A DNA stretch of 64,000 nt, taken from IMG/VR virus record IMGVR_UViG_3300042305_001773, positions 124,001 through 188,000 of that record; one strand, given 5' to 3'. Below the pieces are notes generated by a model. That model did not search any database, was not told the DNA's origin, and saw only the letters and a list, made by a program, of their open reading frames with translations. Below are positions 1-8,564 of this stretch, piece by piece; the stretch's first letter is position 1; each line of letters opens with the position of its first letter. The position numbers were made by a program, and so were the translations under genes.

Positions 1-6
1 GTTGCC

Positions 7-1167
7 TTAATAAATAACGGTCAATGAAACGGCGCAATCGGTGAGCGGGAACAAATACACACCGCGCGCAGAGAATTGCCTTGGGCGCTCCAACCGCATA
101 ACAACGCGACCAGAGTGCAAAAGTGTCGCTACAACATAGGGCCCGGTTGACGAAACCGAAGCGTCGAGCGAGATAACATAATCTGTACCGGGAACAGGCA
201 CCTGCACAGACGCTCCGTGCGGGCCGGAGGCGCCAGTGATTCCCAGCCTAGCGGCTTCTTTGCCGCCGTCAATAACGCGCTCAAGTGACGCCACATCTTC
301 GCGCGGCACAAATGCCCAGTGTACGGGCTTTGTAAACTCTCCAAGATACCCAGCACGCTCAATCTGTTTGCGCTGCTCTTCGCTGATGATTGCCGCAATC
401 TCAAGATGCCGCGCGGCGATGTTTACGTACGCCAACAGCGCCGGCGAAATAGACGCGTAGTCTTCAGCCGTGTTGGTGCCGGTTATTACCGGCGACGAGC
501 GCGGCCGAACAGGAAAGAACTCGCCAGTCTCCAAAAAGACAAAATGTGTGTTGGTGCCGTTGTCGAACGAGATGCCACGATACGCCGGGCCTAGCTCGCC
601 ACTGGGCAGCTTGTCACGAAAGTTGACAAGGCTAGCCGACAACGCAGATGCCATTGTGTCGGTGAACTGGGCCGGAGCGAACACCCGAGACAGCATGCGC
701 TCGTTGTAAATCTCAGGCGCAACCGGGTGCACAATTAGCGGATTTTTTGGAGACTCCGCGACCTCTGCGATTACGGCATCAAAGATATCTTGAGCCGGCA
801 CGTCCGCATCAGCTAGCCCGTTCTCGATCAGATCGGCGAACAGAACGAGCGCCGCGCTAACAATTGCCGGCGCCGTTTGATCCGTGGCGCCGTATTGTTT
901 TGCGACTGTGATACCGCGCGAAAGCGCCGCCTGCGTAATTGAAAAAGGTACTGCGCCCCAGTTGATGTTGCCCGAAACTTGAGCAAGCTGCCAAAGCGCT
1001 TTAAAGAACGCCGGATCTTTCTTCGGCGTGCAGGACTGGCGAAACAATTCGAGCGTGCAGGCCAGTAGCCGCAACTGCCCAAGGTCGTCAGTTGTGCGAA
1101 ATTTACTTAGAAACTCCCGAACATGAACTGATGGTTTTGGTGATTTGTCCACTGAATACTCCGTCAC
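7..1167 (-). CDS. hypothetical protein (386 aa)
   Basis: Long ORF continuing the minus-strand operon; no motif recognised. Confidence 0.6.
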   Translation of the reverse strand: MTEYSVDKSPKPSVHVREFLSKFRTTDDLGQLRLLACTLELFRQSCTPKKDPAFFKALWQLAQVSGNINWGAVPFSITQAALSRGITVAKQYGATDQTAPAIVSAALVLFADLIENGLADADVPAQDIFDAVIAEVAESPKNPLIVHPVAPEIYNERMLSRVFAPAQFTDTMASALSASLVNFRDKLPSGELGPAYRGISFDNGTNTHFVFLETGEFFPVRPRSSPVITGTNTAEDYASISPALLAYVNIAARHLEIAAIISEEQRKQIERAGYLGEFTKPVHWAFVPREDVASLERVIDGGKEAARLGITGASGPHGASVQVPVPGTDYVISLDASVSSTGPYVVATLLHSGRVVMRLERPRQFSARGVYLFPLTDCAVSLTVIY

Positions 1168-2320
1168 AAGCGTTTAAAAGTGTCATCACGTTCGCTTTAA
1201 AAGTGCCTAAAATGTTGTGCGCTGTGCCGTTATGGCTATCCACATATGACGCAAAAGAAGGTTGAACGTGACTGTCGATAAGGACAGCGTGAAAATTCGG
1301 GGCGCGCTCGCTGTCGGAAAGCGCGCACCGAGCCTGAAGAAACAACTGCAGGCCGCGCATAGCGTCGCCGATAAACAACACTACGCCACATTGTGTCTGA
1401 CATAGCTGACGTACCTGCTCCGCAAACACGAGAAAGTCTACGTACGTCGCAGCACCAAACGCGGCGCCGATCTCTGCTCCCGGACCATCAGGATAGATGT
1501 GCCCAGCCATCTCGCCCAACTCGACGTGCACGGTGGCGGGAACACCCAGCGTGTAAGCAGAGTGCAGCAAGCTGCGCTCCGTTGTCGCCCGCGGAGAATA
1601 CGCCCAGCGCCCGACAGCCTCGCCGTAACCAAGACCCTGATTGGCGGCTAGCCGCGCAACGTAGTTCAAGTCGTGCGTCATGCCGCGCTCTGCCAAGCGT
1701 ACATCGGCCACCAGCCCAGCGCCGGTGGTGGCAACAGCCGTGACATACTTCTTGCGCAGCAGCTCAACTGCGGCGATACCCGCGCCAGAATGAATCGCCG
1801 GCGCCGAAATAAATAACATTACCGGCTGGTCTTCAACGCGAGCTGTGTGAATCAGGCTTGCGGCGTTGACGTGAACTTCTTTGATTAAACACAGCGCATC
1901 GGCAATCTCTGGTGGCATGGCGTCACACGGCGGTGTCGCCGCTCGAAGGGTGTCGAAAACAGGGAACGCGCTGTTTAAGCGTTGAGGTAATACAAGCGCG
2001 CCGGGATGTTCAGTGGTCGGCGTGCGCAGCATCGGTCCGCTGCCCCACAACAGCCAGTCAGCATTGACGTGCGTGTGGCTAAGAATTTGCGCCAGCAGTT
2101 GCGCAGACACCGCGTACTGCCGCTTGAATACTTTGCCAAGATGCGTTGATTCTAGTTCGATGGCGCGCGCAAACGCCGGCACATTGTTATTAAAAAGAGT
2201 CGCGCACAGATACTCCAACCTCTGCAGCCATGGCTGGTCCGCGTGCGCGATCTTGCGCCTGCGCAATTCGCGCCTCTGCCGCTGCCGATCGCTCAGGTGA
2301 CTGCGTTTTGGTCTTGGCAT
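1103..2320 (-). CDS. XRE/CI-like HTH fused to a deoxyhypusine-synthase-like domain
   Basis: N-term FARAIELESTHLGKV...VNADWLLWGSGPM resembles a phage repressor HTH. C-term VTAVATTGAG...GLGYGEAVGR...SLLHSAYTLGVPATVHV...DFLVFA resembles the bacterial DHS-like family. Confidence 0.6.
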   Translation of the reverse strand: MPRPKRSHLSDRQRQRRELRRRKIAHADQPWLQRLEYLCATLFNNNVPAFARAIELESTHLGKVFKRQYAVSAQLLAQILSHTHVNADWLLWGSGPMLRTPTTEHPGALVLPQRLNSAFPVFDTLRAATPPCDAMPPEIADALCLIKEVHVNAASLIHTARVEDQPVMLFISAPAIHSGAGIAAVELLRKKYVTAVATTGAGLVADVRLAERGMTHDLNYVARLAANQGLGYGEAVGRWAYSPRATTERSLLHSAYTLGVPATVHVELGEMAGHIYPDGPGAEIGAAFGAATYVDFLVFAEQVRQLCQTQCGVVLFIGDAMRGLQLFLQARCALSDSERAPNFHAVLIDSHVQPSFASYVDSHNGTAHNILGTFKANVMTLLNACDGVFSGQITKTISSCSGVSK

Positions 2321-3311
2321 CGTCGCCCTTTCGTTTCTGCGAGTCTACAAGTCCGCGACCTACAGCGCGCAGAATACCGGTTCCGGCCAGTAGTCGCATA
2401 CCGTGTACGGCACGCAAGTAAGCAGCGACAAGCTCATCGTAACCGTCCAGCAGCGGCATTGGATATTTGTTGAACTCGCCGAACAGATAGAAAAACTCTG
2501 TATCAGGCTGCTCGTAACACTCGGCGACTTTGAGTGACTTGATATACGTTACTCGGCTCCCGCGAACACGAACACACGGCAGCTTTGTTTTTGGGGCGTG
2601 TAAAAAAAACTGCCGGGCCTCGATCAGCCAGCCATTGTCCTGTGGAACAACAGCCAACCGCCACATCGAGCCCATCGTTTTACGCCCGAGCTGCTTTGTC
2701 TGCTTGTTGTATGCGTTGCGCTCGCGCTGCAGCTCGCCCCACACTAAGCGCTCGTACTGCTTTACCACGTCCAGCCCACAGCCAACGCGCGGGTCCCATT
2801 CCGGCGCGGCGATAAATCGAGTGGCAACGCGGCAAGTGACAATAAGCTTAGTGTCTTTATTGTGACGTCCCAGCGCCCGTAATTTGTTTTTAACGTCACG
2901 ATACTGCGCCGTACTGATACGCGCGTAGCAAAACGGACAGATGTGTGCCCAGTTACACGGCCGCAACGCCACATCTTTTTTCCAACGAAAAAACATATAC
3001 GTCGGACGGCAGAACAGACACCGCTGAAACGACAGCCGAAACTTTTTGAAATCAAAATCAGCGTCGTCAGGATGTGCCAGCCGCGCCACTGGTAACCACA
3101 GCGCGCGAATTGCTAACTCTTTCAGTTTGAGAGCCCAGCGCTGCCGCACCGTATTTGTCCGGCTGATTACGGCGTCGTGTGTCTTGGCGCTAGTCAAGCC
3201 CAGTACAAAGTGCTGCGCAAACACATGCGCCATACGGACGCTGACGCGATTAACGCGCCACGGTTTTAATCGGTAGCGACGGACAAACTCCGCAAAGGCG
3301 ATAAGCGCCAT
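2190..3311 (-). CDS. Zn-finger protein resembling a degenerate rolling-circle Rep (Rep_1-like)
   Basis: CLFC...CNWAHICPFCYAR zinc motif and C-term AVHGMRLLAGTGILR recall Rep_1; no HxH motif seen. Confidence 0.4.
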   Translation of the reverse strand: MALIAFAEFVRRYRLKPWRVNRVSVRMAHVFAQHFVLGLTSAKTHDAVISRTNTVRQRWALKLKELAIRALWLPVARLAHPDDADFDFKKFRLSFQRCLFCRPTYMFFRWKKDVALRPCNWAHICPFCYARISTAQYRDVKNKLRALGRHNKDTKLIVTCRVATRFIAAPEWDPRVGCGLDVVKQYERLVWGELQRERNAYNKQTKQLGRKTMGSMWRLAVVPQDNGWLIEARQFFLHAPKTKLPCVRVRGSRVTYIKSLKVAECYEQPDTEFFYLFGEFNKYPMPLLDGYDELVAAYLRAVHGMRLLAGTGILRAVGRGLVDSQKRKGDDAKTKTQSPERSAAAEARIAQAQDRARGPAMAAEVGVSVRDSF

Positions 3312-3514
3312 TACAGCGTGTCTTTCACCGGTAATGTGTCCATATCCAGAATTGCGTTGCGCACATTAACGTGCTGAGCAATTTCTGCGCGCTGCGTTCG
3401 GATCTCTGTGCGTAAAGACTCAATGTGCGCCGCGGCTTCTAACGCCAGCTGCGCGCCGTCTGCGCGTGGTTGTTTAGCCGCCCACAACGTCAAACGTTTT
3501 ACAATGTCGCGCAT
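3311..3514 (-). CDS. small phage protein (DIVxRL...EAAxxIExLR family)
   Basis: Common small phage-protein motif; coupled to neighbours. Confidence 0.6.
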   Translation of the reverse strand: MRDIVKRLTLWAAKQPRADGAQLALEAAAHIESLRTEIRTQRAEIAQHVNVRNAILDMDTLPVKDTL

Positions 3515-3765
3515 TTTGTCACCAGCGCGCCGCTAGAGTAGTCACCGCCGGGCGTCACAGTCTTTGTGCTTAACACCTGCACCTTCGGCTTTGGCGGAAT
3601 ACGACCAAACCAAATACCGCAGCCGAACAAGCAGAGCCGCATGGCCGGCGCGGTAGATAAGCCGATATGCAAAATACAGCCAGTACCCATCCATTCAAAT
3701 CTAGCGCCCCATCGGCGCGTCGTATCGAAGTGCGTTGTTGTAACAGTCCATGCGTTTGCAGTCAT
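3499..3765 (-). CDS. hypothetical protein
   Basis: ORF fills the operon slot. Confidence 0.45.
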   Translation of the reverse strand: MTANAWTVTTTHFDTTRRWGARFEWMGTGCILHIGLSTAPAMRLCLFGCGIWFGRIPPKPKVQVLSTKTVTPGGDYSSGALVTKCATL

Positions 3766-3768
3766 TGC

Positions 3769-3939
3769 TTATACTTTTTTACGTTTTCGTGAAGGTTTGG
3801 CGGCTGCGTACATCTGATCGATCAGGTCGTGCACCATTGGATCGCAATCGACGTGGCGATACGGTACGTACCGCGTTTCTTTTAAGAACTTGCGCACAAG
3901 CGTTTTTAAACTTTTCAGCTCTTCTTTTGCGCTAATCAT
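3769..3939 (-). CDS. small basic protein (56 aa, MISAKEELKSLK...RKRKKV)
   Basis: Translated by hand; ATGA overlap with the upstream stop; below the ORF-track cutoff. Confidence 0.55.
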   Translation of the reverse strand: MISAKEELKSLKTLVRKFLKETRYVPYRHVDCDPMVHDLIDQMYAAAKPSRKRKKV

Positions 3940-4250
3940 TCGTGTTTTTCCCGCAAGCGGTCTAACGTTTTGGCTAAGTTCATAATGTTTTCAACAGCCT
4001 CTGCGTTAGATAGTTCACCGGCGTGCATCCGAAGACTAATCGCGCCGTGCATGGTCGCGCGCAACTCCTCGTCGGTGAGGGTCTGGGTTCTTGCGAAATC
4101 CGTCAGGTTTTGGATCGCCACACGCAGCGAATCCGTTTCCCTCTCCATACACGCCAGCCGGCCACGCAGTCGCTCAATCTCGGTCCGTTGATCCTGAATG
4201 ATCTGGTCGGCCTGCTCCCACGACATAATCGCAGCATTCGGGTCAAGCAT
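3936..4250 (-). CDS. hypothetical coiled-coil protein
   Basis: EIERLR and LTDEE motifs common in small phage proteins. Confidence 0.6.
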   Translation of the reverse strand: MLDPNAAIMSWEQADQIIQDQRTEIERLRGRLACMERETDSLRVAIQNLTDFARTQTLTDEELRATMHGAISLRMHAGELSNAEAVENIMNLAKTLDRLREKHE

Positions 4251-4253
4251 CGT

Positions 4254-4343
4254 TCACCTGTCGTATCCGCGAAAGTAAAAATAGATAAACGCGATGGCTA
4301 TAGCCGCGCCGCAAATCTCAGATACCCAACTGCACACGATCAC
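4254..4343 (-). CDS. putative 29-aa membrane peptide (MIVCSWVSEICGAAIAIAFIYFYFRGYDR)
   Basis: GTGA overlap with the MazG-like stop; fills the gap exactly; hydrophobic. Confidence 0.4.
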   Translation of the reverse strand: MIVCSWVSEICGAAIAIAFIYFYFRGYDR

Positions 4344-4648
4344 GACGCCTCCTTCACAAATATTCCTTCGGGCGTTAATGTGCCCTTGCGGTCTTTGATC
4401 TCGTCGTAGGCGCTGGCTAAACAGTCCGTAATATTTGCGCCGTACAACTTGCAGTACAAGATCAGCGTGACCAGTACGTCGCCGACGCCGTCTTTCACGC
4501 CGGGCATATCACCCTTGAGCGTCGCGTCGGCCAGTTCGCCCAGTTCCGACATTGTCTTCATCAGCTGCGCGGTTGGGTTGCTGTTGGGGATGATCTTTCG
4601 GTCCATCGCCCACTGCACCACCTTCGTTTCCAGTTCGTGAAACGTCAT
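4340..4648 (-). CDS. MazG-like NTP pyrophosphohydrolase
   Basis: QLMKTMSELGELADA...DGVGDVLVTLI...AYDEIKDRKG, the typical phage MazG-like signature. Confidence 0.9.
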   Translation of the reverse strand: MTFHELETKVVQWAMDRKIIPNSNPTAQLMKTMSELGELADATLKGDMPGVKDGVGDVLVTLILYCKLYGANITDCLASAYDEIKDRKGTLTPEGIFVKEAS

Positions 4649-4673
4649 GTCAGTCGTTGCCTCCGGTGCGGGT

Positions 4674-5120
4674 TTATTTTTGTAAAATAGATTTCAATAA
4701 GTCTGCTGCTATTTTTGTTTCTTTGATTCCCACTCTGTCATAAGAATCTGAGTCATCAATAAAATATTGTATTGCTTGTTTTTGTTCCTCATTTAACAAT
4801 GCGCCAATTCTTGTGTCTGCGTCATTGCCTTTTAACTCCCTGATTTCTTTCGTTAAGGTTTCGACCTGCGCCTCAAGCTGTTTGATGCGCTTTCTAAATC
4901 GAACTTCAGTTGGGTCGTCGTGCAGGCCCCAATCCTGTTCGTGAACTGATAACAAATCGAGCGCGTACAGCCGCAGCTGCTTGCGCATGTCTTCGCGCTC
5001 TTGGCGCAACATGTTAAGCAGCGCAAGAACAGTCCGCATTTCTTGCGGAGTCAGCTCGCCCATCGCCAACCGTATGGCCTGCCTGTCGCCGGCCCAGATA
5101 GCTTCAAGGTTGATTGGCAT
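4674..5120 (-). CDS. hypothetical protein
   Basis: ORF; AT-rich 3' part; coiled coil. Confidence 0.6.
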   Translation of the reverse strand: MPINLEAIWAGDRQAIRLAMGELTPQEMRTVLALLNMLRQEREDMRKQLRLYALDLLSVHEQDWGLHDDPTEVRFRKRIKQLEAQVETLTKEIRELKGNDADTRIGALLNEEQKQAIQYFIDDSDSYDRVGIKETKIAADLLKSILQK

Positions 5121-5123
5121 GAC

Positions 5124-5363
5124 TCACCACGTTGGCGTCCACGTTGGCGTCCACGGACCAGACGGCCAACCCGGCGTGTCTTGCTTTTGCGGGTGCGGAT
5201 ATGGATATGACAGCGGCAAACGCGTAACCGCAAGCTCGACGGCAGTCAGCCGCTGCTGCAGTGTTTCAATCTGCGCTCTCAGCTGCGCTATCTCCGCCGC
5301 TAGTTGAAGCATCGGCGACGGCTTGCGGATTTTCTTCTTTGTTTTCTTGGCTTTCTTCGCCAC
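5124..5363 (-). CDS. small basic coiled-coil protein ending in WTPTWTPTW
   Basis: GTG start after CAGGAG RBS. Confidence 0.5.
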   Translation of the reverse strand: MAKKAKKTKKKIRKPSPMLQLAAEIAQLRAQIETLQQRLTAVELAVTRLPLSYPYPHPQKQDTPGWPSGPWTPTWTPTW

Positions 5364-5799
5364 TGATCTGCTCCTGCATCTTGTCAATTCGAGCACGCAC
5401 TAACTCTATGGCTTGCTCGACACTTTCAACTTCAATAAACGGAAGCTTGGTTTGTAAGTGTTCCCACTTCGTCGGACCTACGCCGGCTACGTTGATCTCG
5501 CCGGGCTCTTGGCTGCCAAATTCGTCAAGCAGCGCCACGGCGGTTGCAGTCTCTCGCGACGGAAACACCAGAATCCTGTTGTCAACGTCGGAGAAGAACT
5601 TCACACCCGTCCGATCACAAATGACATAGCGCACGGCTGACTCGCCCGTATCAATGTAGCTCATCGCCTTAGCCGGCGCAGAATAACTCACGCGATTTTG
5701 CGGTGCGTCAGGGCTGTGGCACGCTTTAAACTTTTTGCCGCTGTTACAGGGACACCGGTCGTTACGTTTGATAATGCTATCTTTGCGAATCGTGCTCAC
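5266..5799 (-). CDS. SEC-C metal-binding motif protein
   Basis: RNDRCPCNSGKKFKACH is a SEC-C motif at the N-terminus. Confidence 0.8.
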   Translation of the reverse strand: MSTIRKDSIIKRNDRCPCNSGKKFKACHSPDAPQNRVSYSAPAKAMSYIDTGESAVRYVICDRTGVKFFSDVDNRILVFPSRETATAVALLDEFGSQEPGEINVAGVGPTKWEHLQTKLPFIEVESVEQAIELVRARIDKMQEQISGEESQENKEENPQAVADASTSGGDSAAESAD

Positions 5800-6085
5800 G
5801 AAAAACCTCCGTGTTGCCGTTGAGCTGGATTAACCTCCGGCCAGCCGGACCGGGTTGGGCCATTGTCTCTTTTTCTCTTGCTTGTGCAATACGTAGCCAG
5901 TTCAACCGAAACTCTTCAATCGTGACCCCTTCCCGCGGCAGCAGTAGGTCGAGCGACATGCGCGTTTGGCGGGCGCTGACGTCGTAATTCATTGCAACGC
6001 CAATAACCTGAGCATTAAACAACAGCGCAATACCTTCCTGCAGCTGTTCTAGCGGGTCGGGGTTCGATTCAAACGGCGCCCTCAT
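5777..6085 (-). CDS. hypothetical protein
   Basis: Start MRAPFES overlaps the upstream stop (ATGA). Confidence 0.55.
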   Translation of the reverse strand: MRAPFESNPDPLEQLQEGIALLFNAQVIGVAMNYDVSARQTRMSLDLLLPREGVTIEEFRLNWLRIAQAREKETMAQPGPAGRRLIQLNGNTEVFREHDSQR

Positions 6086-6348
6086 GGTTCGACCGTCACC
6101 TGCGCCGTTGTCATGAGCAAGCCGGCACGCATGGTCGAGACGCCGTGAATGGTGATGCGGTCGCCCACAACAATCGTCTCGCGGCACTGGACGCTGAGCC
6201 GATCAGGCGCGGTCGGGTCAGGGTAGATCAGCTTGGGCGTGCCCTCAGCAAGTACCGTCGGCAGGCTTGGCGGCGTCGGGGGCTGCTTGCGAGGAATCGT
6301 CACTACGCCGGGTGTTGTCATGGTCGAGACCTCGGTTGAAGAAGACAT
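6082..6348 (-). CDS. hypothetical Pro/Thr-rich protein
   Basis: ORF coupled to the downstream gene; start uncertain. Confidence 0.45.
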   Translation of the reverse strand: MSSSTEVSTMTTPGVVTIPRKQPPTPPSLPTVLAEGTPKLIYPDPTAPDRLSVQCRETIVVGDRITIHGVSTMRAGLLMTTAQVTVEP

Positions 6349-6484
6349 GGAAACACAGCTTACCGGGATTGCCCCGCAGGCTGACGTTCGGCGGAAACGG
6401 AGAGTCGCTAGGCGTCGGCTCGTTCGAAAACTGATGAATCGCGTGAAACGTGTTGGAGTCGTTGGACATGCTTTGCTCGCTTTG

Positions 6485-6744
6485 ACGGCAGGATTATGTT
6501 GTCATAATCCGAGATTTGCCGTTTGTAGGGGGGTAAAATGGGTCAAAAATTGCCCGTAACCTATTGGCGTTATTGGGTTTGCAACAACGCGTTCAAGCAT
6601 TTTTTGTCCGAATTACGCGGACCTAGAGTAAGTCCTTCGGACTTACAAGGCCGGCATTTTTTTGGAAATGCCGGCAACTTTGGATGTCTACTGCATGATC
6701 GGGGGGTTGTTCAATTAACGTTGGGCAAATTGGGTAATTTGCCC
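6485..6744. promoter_or_regulatory. inverted-repeat-dense intergenic region
   Basis: Hairpins at 6485-6522, 6606-6622, 6628-6646, 6650-6675 and 6723-6744. Confidence 0.55.
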
Positions 6745-6759
6745 TGACGTTTGGATAGC

Positions 6760-6815
6760 AAAAAAAGAGATAGCGTAGGGGCGGGATTTCCCCGCCCCTA
6801 CGCGTAGAATCTCTT
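6760..6815 (-). terminator. Rho-independent terminator
   Basis: 13-bp GC stem GCGTAGGGGCGGG/CCCGCCCCTACGC (6773-6803) followed on the minus strand by a T7 tract, just after the 6825 stop. Confidence 0.8.
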
Positions 6816-6824
6816 CAACTCGGC

Positions 6825-7946
6825 TCAGCGCTTCTTCTTGCGCTTCAGAATGCTGTTGCGGTCATTCTGGCGGCCGGTGCGGCGGACATTGTCTTCTGTC
6901 AGGTAGACGTCCAGATCTACACCCACAACGGTGGTGATGCTGATCGGCGGGAAGTAGCTGCTCTTGCCGTTTTCATCCCGGGCGTTGTAGTTGCCCTGCA
7001 TGTAAACCTCAATTGCAGCAAGGATTTTTACCACGCAGCCGAAGTGCTCGGCGCGCGCCTGACCTACACGCTCGTGCAGCAGCCACTCGGTGTAGCCAAT
7101 CGGATCCCGTTTGCGGCCCTTCTGCATGCCGCAGTTGCCGTCCTGCATCTTTTCAAAGAAAGACAGCGTATTTCTGGCGCCGTACTTCTTGGCTGCCAGC
7201 AGATAAGCCGTCAGCAGCGGAGACCGGAACAGCATGGTCGTGCCGCGCTTGGCGCCCGGGTTCAACCCGTCAAGCGCCGTCAGCTCTTCCTTGAACGCCG
7301 CAACGTAATCAATCGCAGTCGCGCGACTGACCGGCGCAAACGTAGCCAGCAGCTCCTGCATCTCGCGAAGCGGGCTCTGCCGGTAGCACGCCAGCATGAT
7401 CTCGTACGCGTACGACAGCGGCGTGGGCAGGCCCAGCGACTTCTGCAGCAGCGGCGAGTTCATCGGCACGCCATGATACAGCAGCGCGCCGTGGATCAGG
7501 TCCGCGGACGTGTTGACCGCATCGCGGCTGTCATAGAACAGGCAGAGCTTGCCCGCTTCTTCAGCGTTGCGCACGGGCACAACCGTAACGCACACGCGTT
7601 CGGGGATTACATCGGACAGGCCCTGCCACCAGACCTCGCCGCGGGTGTGAGCCGTGAGCTTCCACCTGTTTCCGCGCGGGTCCTCCGCCATAAACACATC
7701 TTCGTGCAGATTCGGCACGAACTTGTGGAGGTGCTTCGCCTTCGGGGCGCGCACGACCTGATCACGCGGCTGCCGCGGGTTAGCTGGCACAGCATGCCAC
7801 TGCGCTACGGACATGTAGCGCACTTCCTTCTTTTTGGTTTCAACCTTGGGCGGCTTACGCACCGCCTCAATCTTGATCTTGCGCGCAGCTCGTCGCTGCC
7901 GCTCTTCGTCGCCGGGGTTATCAGCAGCAATCGTCTTGTCTGACAT
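6825..7946 (-). CDS. ParB/Srx-like N-terminal domain protein
   Basis: VPANPRQPR...WKLTAHTRGEVW resembles the ParB-N (DG)HTR motif region. Confidence 0.45.
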   Translation of the reverse strand: MSDKTIAADNPGDEERQRRAARKIKIEAVRKPPKVETKKKEVRYMSVAQWHAVPANPRQPRDQVVRAPKAKHLHKFVPNLHEDVFMAEDPRGNRWKLTAHTRGEVWWQGLSDVIPERVCVTVVPVRNAEEAGKLCLFYDSRDAVNTSADLIHGALLYHGVPMNSPLLQKSLGLPTPLSYAYEIMLACYRQSPLREMQELLATFAPVSRATAIDYVAAFKEELTALDGLNPGAKRGTTMLFRSPLLTAYLLAAKKYGARNTLSFFEKMQDGNCGMQKGRKRDPIGYTEWLLHERVGQARAEHFGCVVKILAAIEVYMQGNYNARDENGKSSYFPPISITTVVGVDLDVYLTEDNVRRTGRQNDRNSILKRKKKR

Positions 7947-7963
7947 TTTGCTCTTTCTTTTGG

Positions 7964-8302
7964 TTAAGTTGCAGCTACTTCCGGTTCGCTGCTTGGTTCG
8001 GATTTAGCCGGAATTTCAGCTTCCGGCAGCATGTCGTACAGCCCCATTTCCATGTCAAGGATCATGGGGTTTGGCACGTCAGGACCGCCGTAGATTAGGC
8101 AGCGCACGTGCGGGTCAGCTGGCTTACCGGCAATGTGCTCGTGCAACATTGAGAACGTGATGATATAAAACCGTTCTTCCGGCAGTCGGTCGATGAGGTC
8201 CTGCGGTAGCGCGCGATTGTATTTCATCACGTCGCGCGAAATGTGATTGATGCGGTTGAGAAATTCTTTGTCTAGGTACTTGTATTTTGTGACTTCAGCC
8301 AT
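7964..8302 (-). CDS. hypothetical protein
   Basis: Likely start MAEVTKY right after the upstream stop. Confidence 0.6.
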   Translation of the reverse strand: MAEVTKYKYLDKEFLNRINHISRDVMKYNRALPQDLIDRLPEERFYIITFSMLHEHIAGKPADPHVRCLIYGGPDVPNPMILDMEMGLYDMLPEAEIPAKSEPSSEPEVAAT

Positions 8303-8309
8303 TGGATGT

Positions 8310-8564
8310 TTAGCGCTGGCGCGCTTTTTGTGCGTTGTGAAATTTGAGAACGGCATCGGCCGCCTGCTTTGATTCCGCGTCGCTATATCCTTCGAGCTTG
8401 AATCTGTTTTTGACGTAGTTATGTTCAGCTGACGACGGGTCTGGTTTGAACGTCGCCTGTTGCGGCGGTACGGTTGCCGCGCCGAAGATAGCCGCAATAA
8501 TGCCGATAACAAGCGCTACGACAAATACCGGCCATCCAAAGCCGCCGCTGTTGTTTTGATTCAT
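8310..8564 (-). CDS. single-TM membrane protein
   Basis: Hydrophobic FGWPVFVVALVIGIIAAIFGA. Confidence 0.65.
   Translation of the reverse strand: MNQNNSGGFGWPVFVVALVIGIIAAIFGAATVPPQQATFKPDPSSAEHNYVKNRFKLEGYSDAESKQAADAVLKFHNAQKARQR

Noticed and set aside
5127-5155. 12-bp tandem repeat CCACGTTGGCGT
   Set aside because: Encodes WTPTWTPTW at a protein C-terminus; only about two copies
7044-7943. 299-aa plus-strand ORF
   Set aside because: Fully antisense to the ParB-like gene; a GC-rich shadow ORF with no motifs
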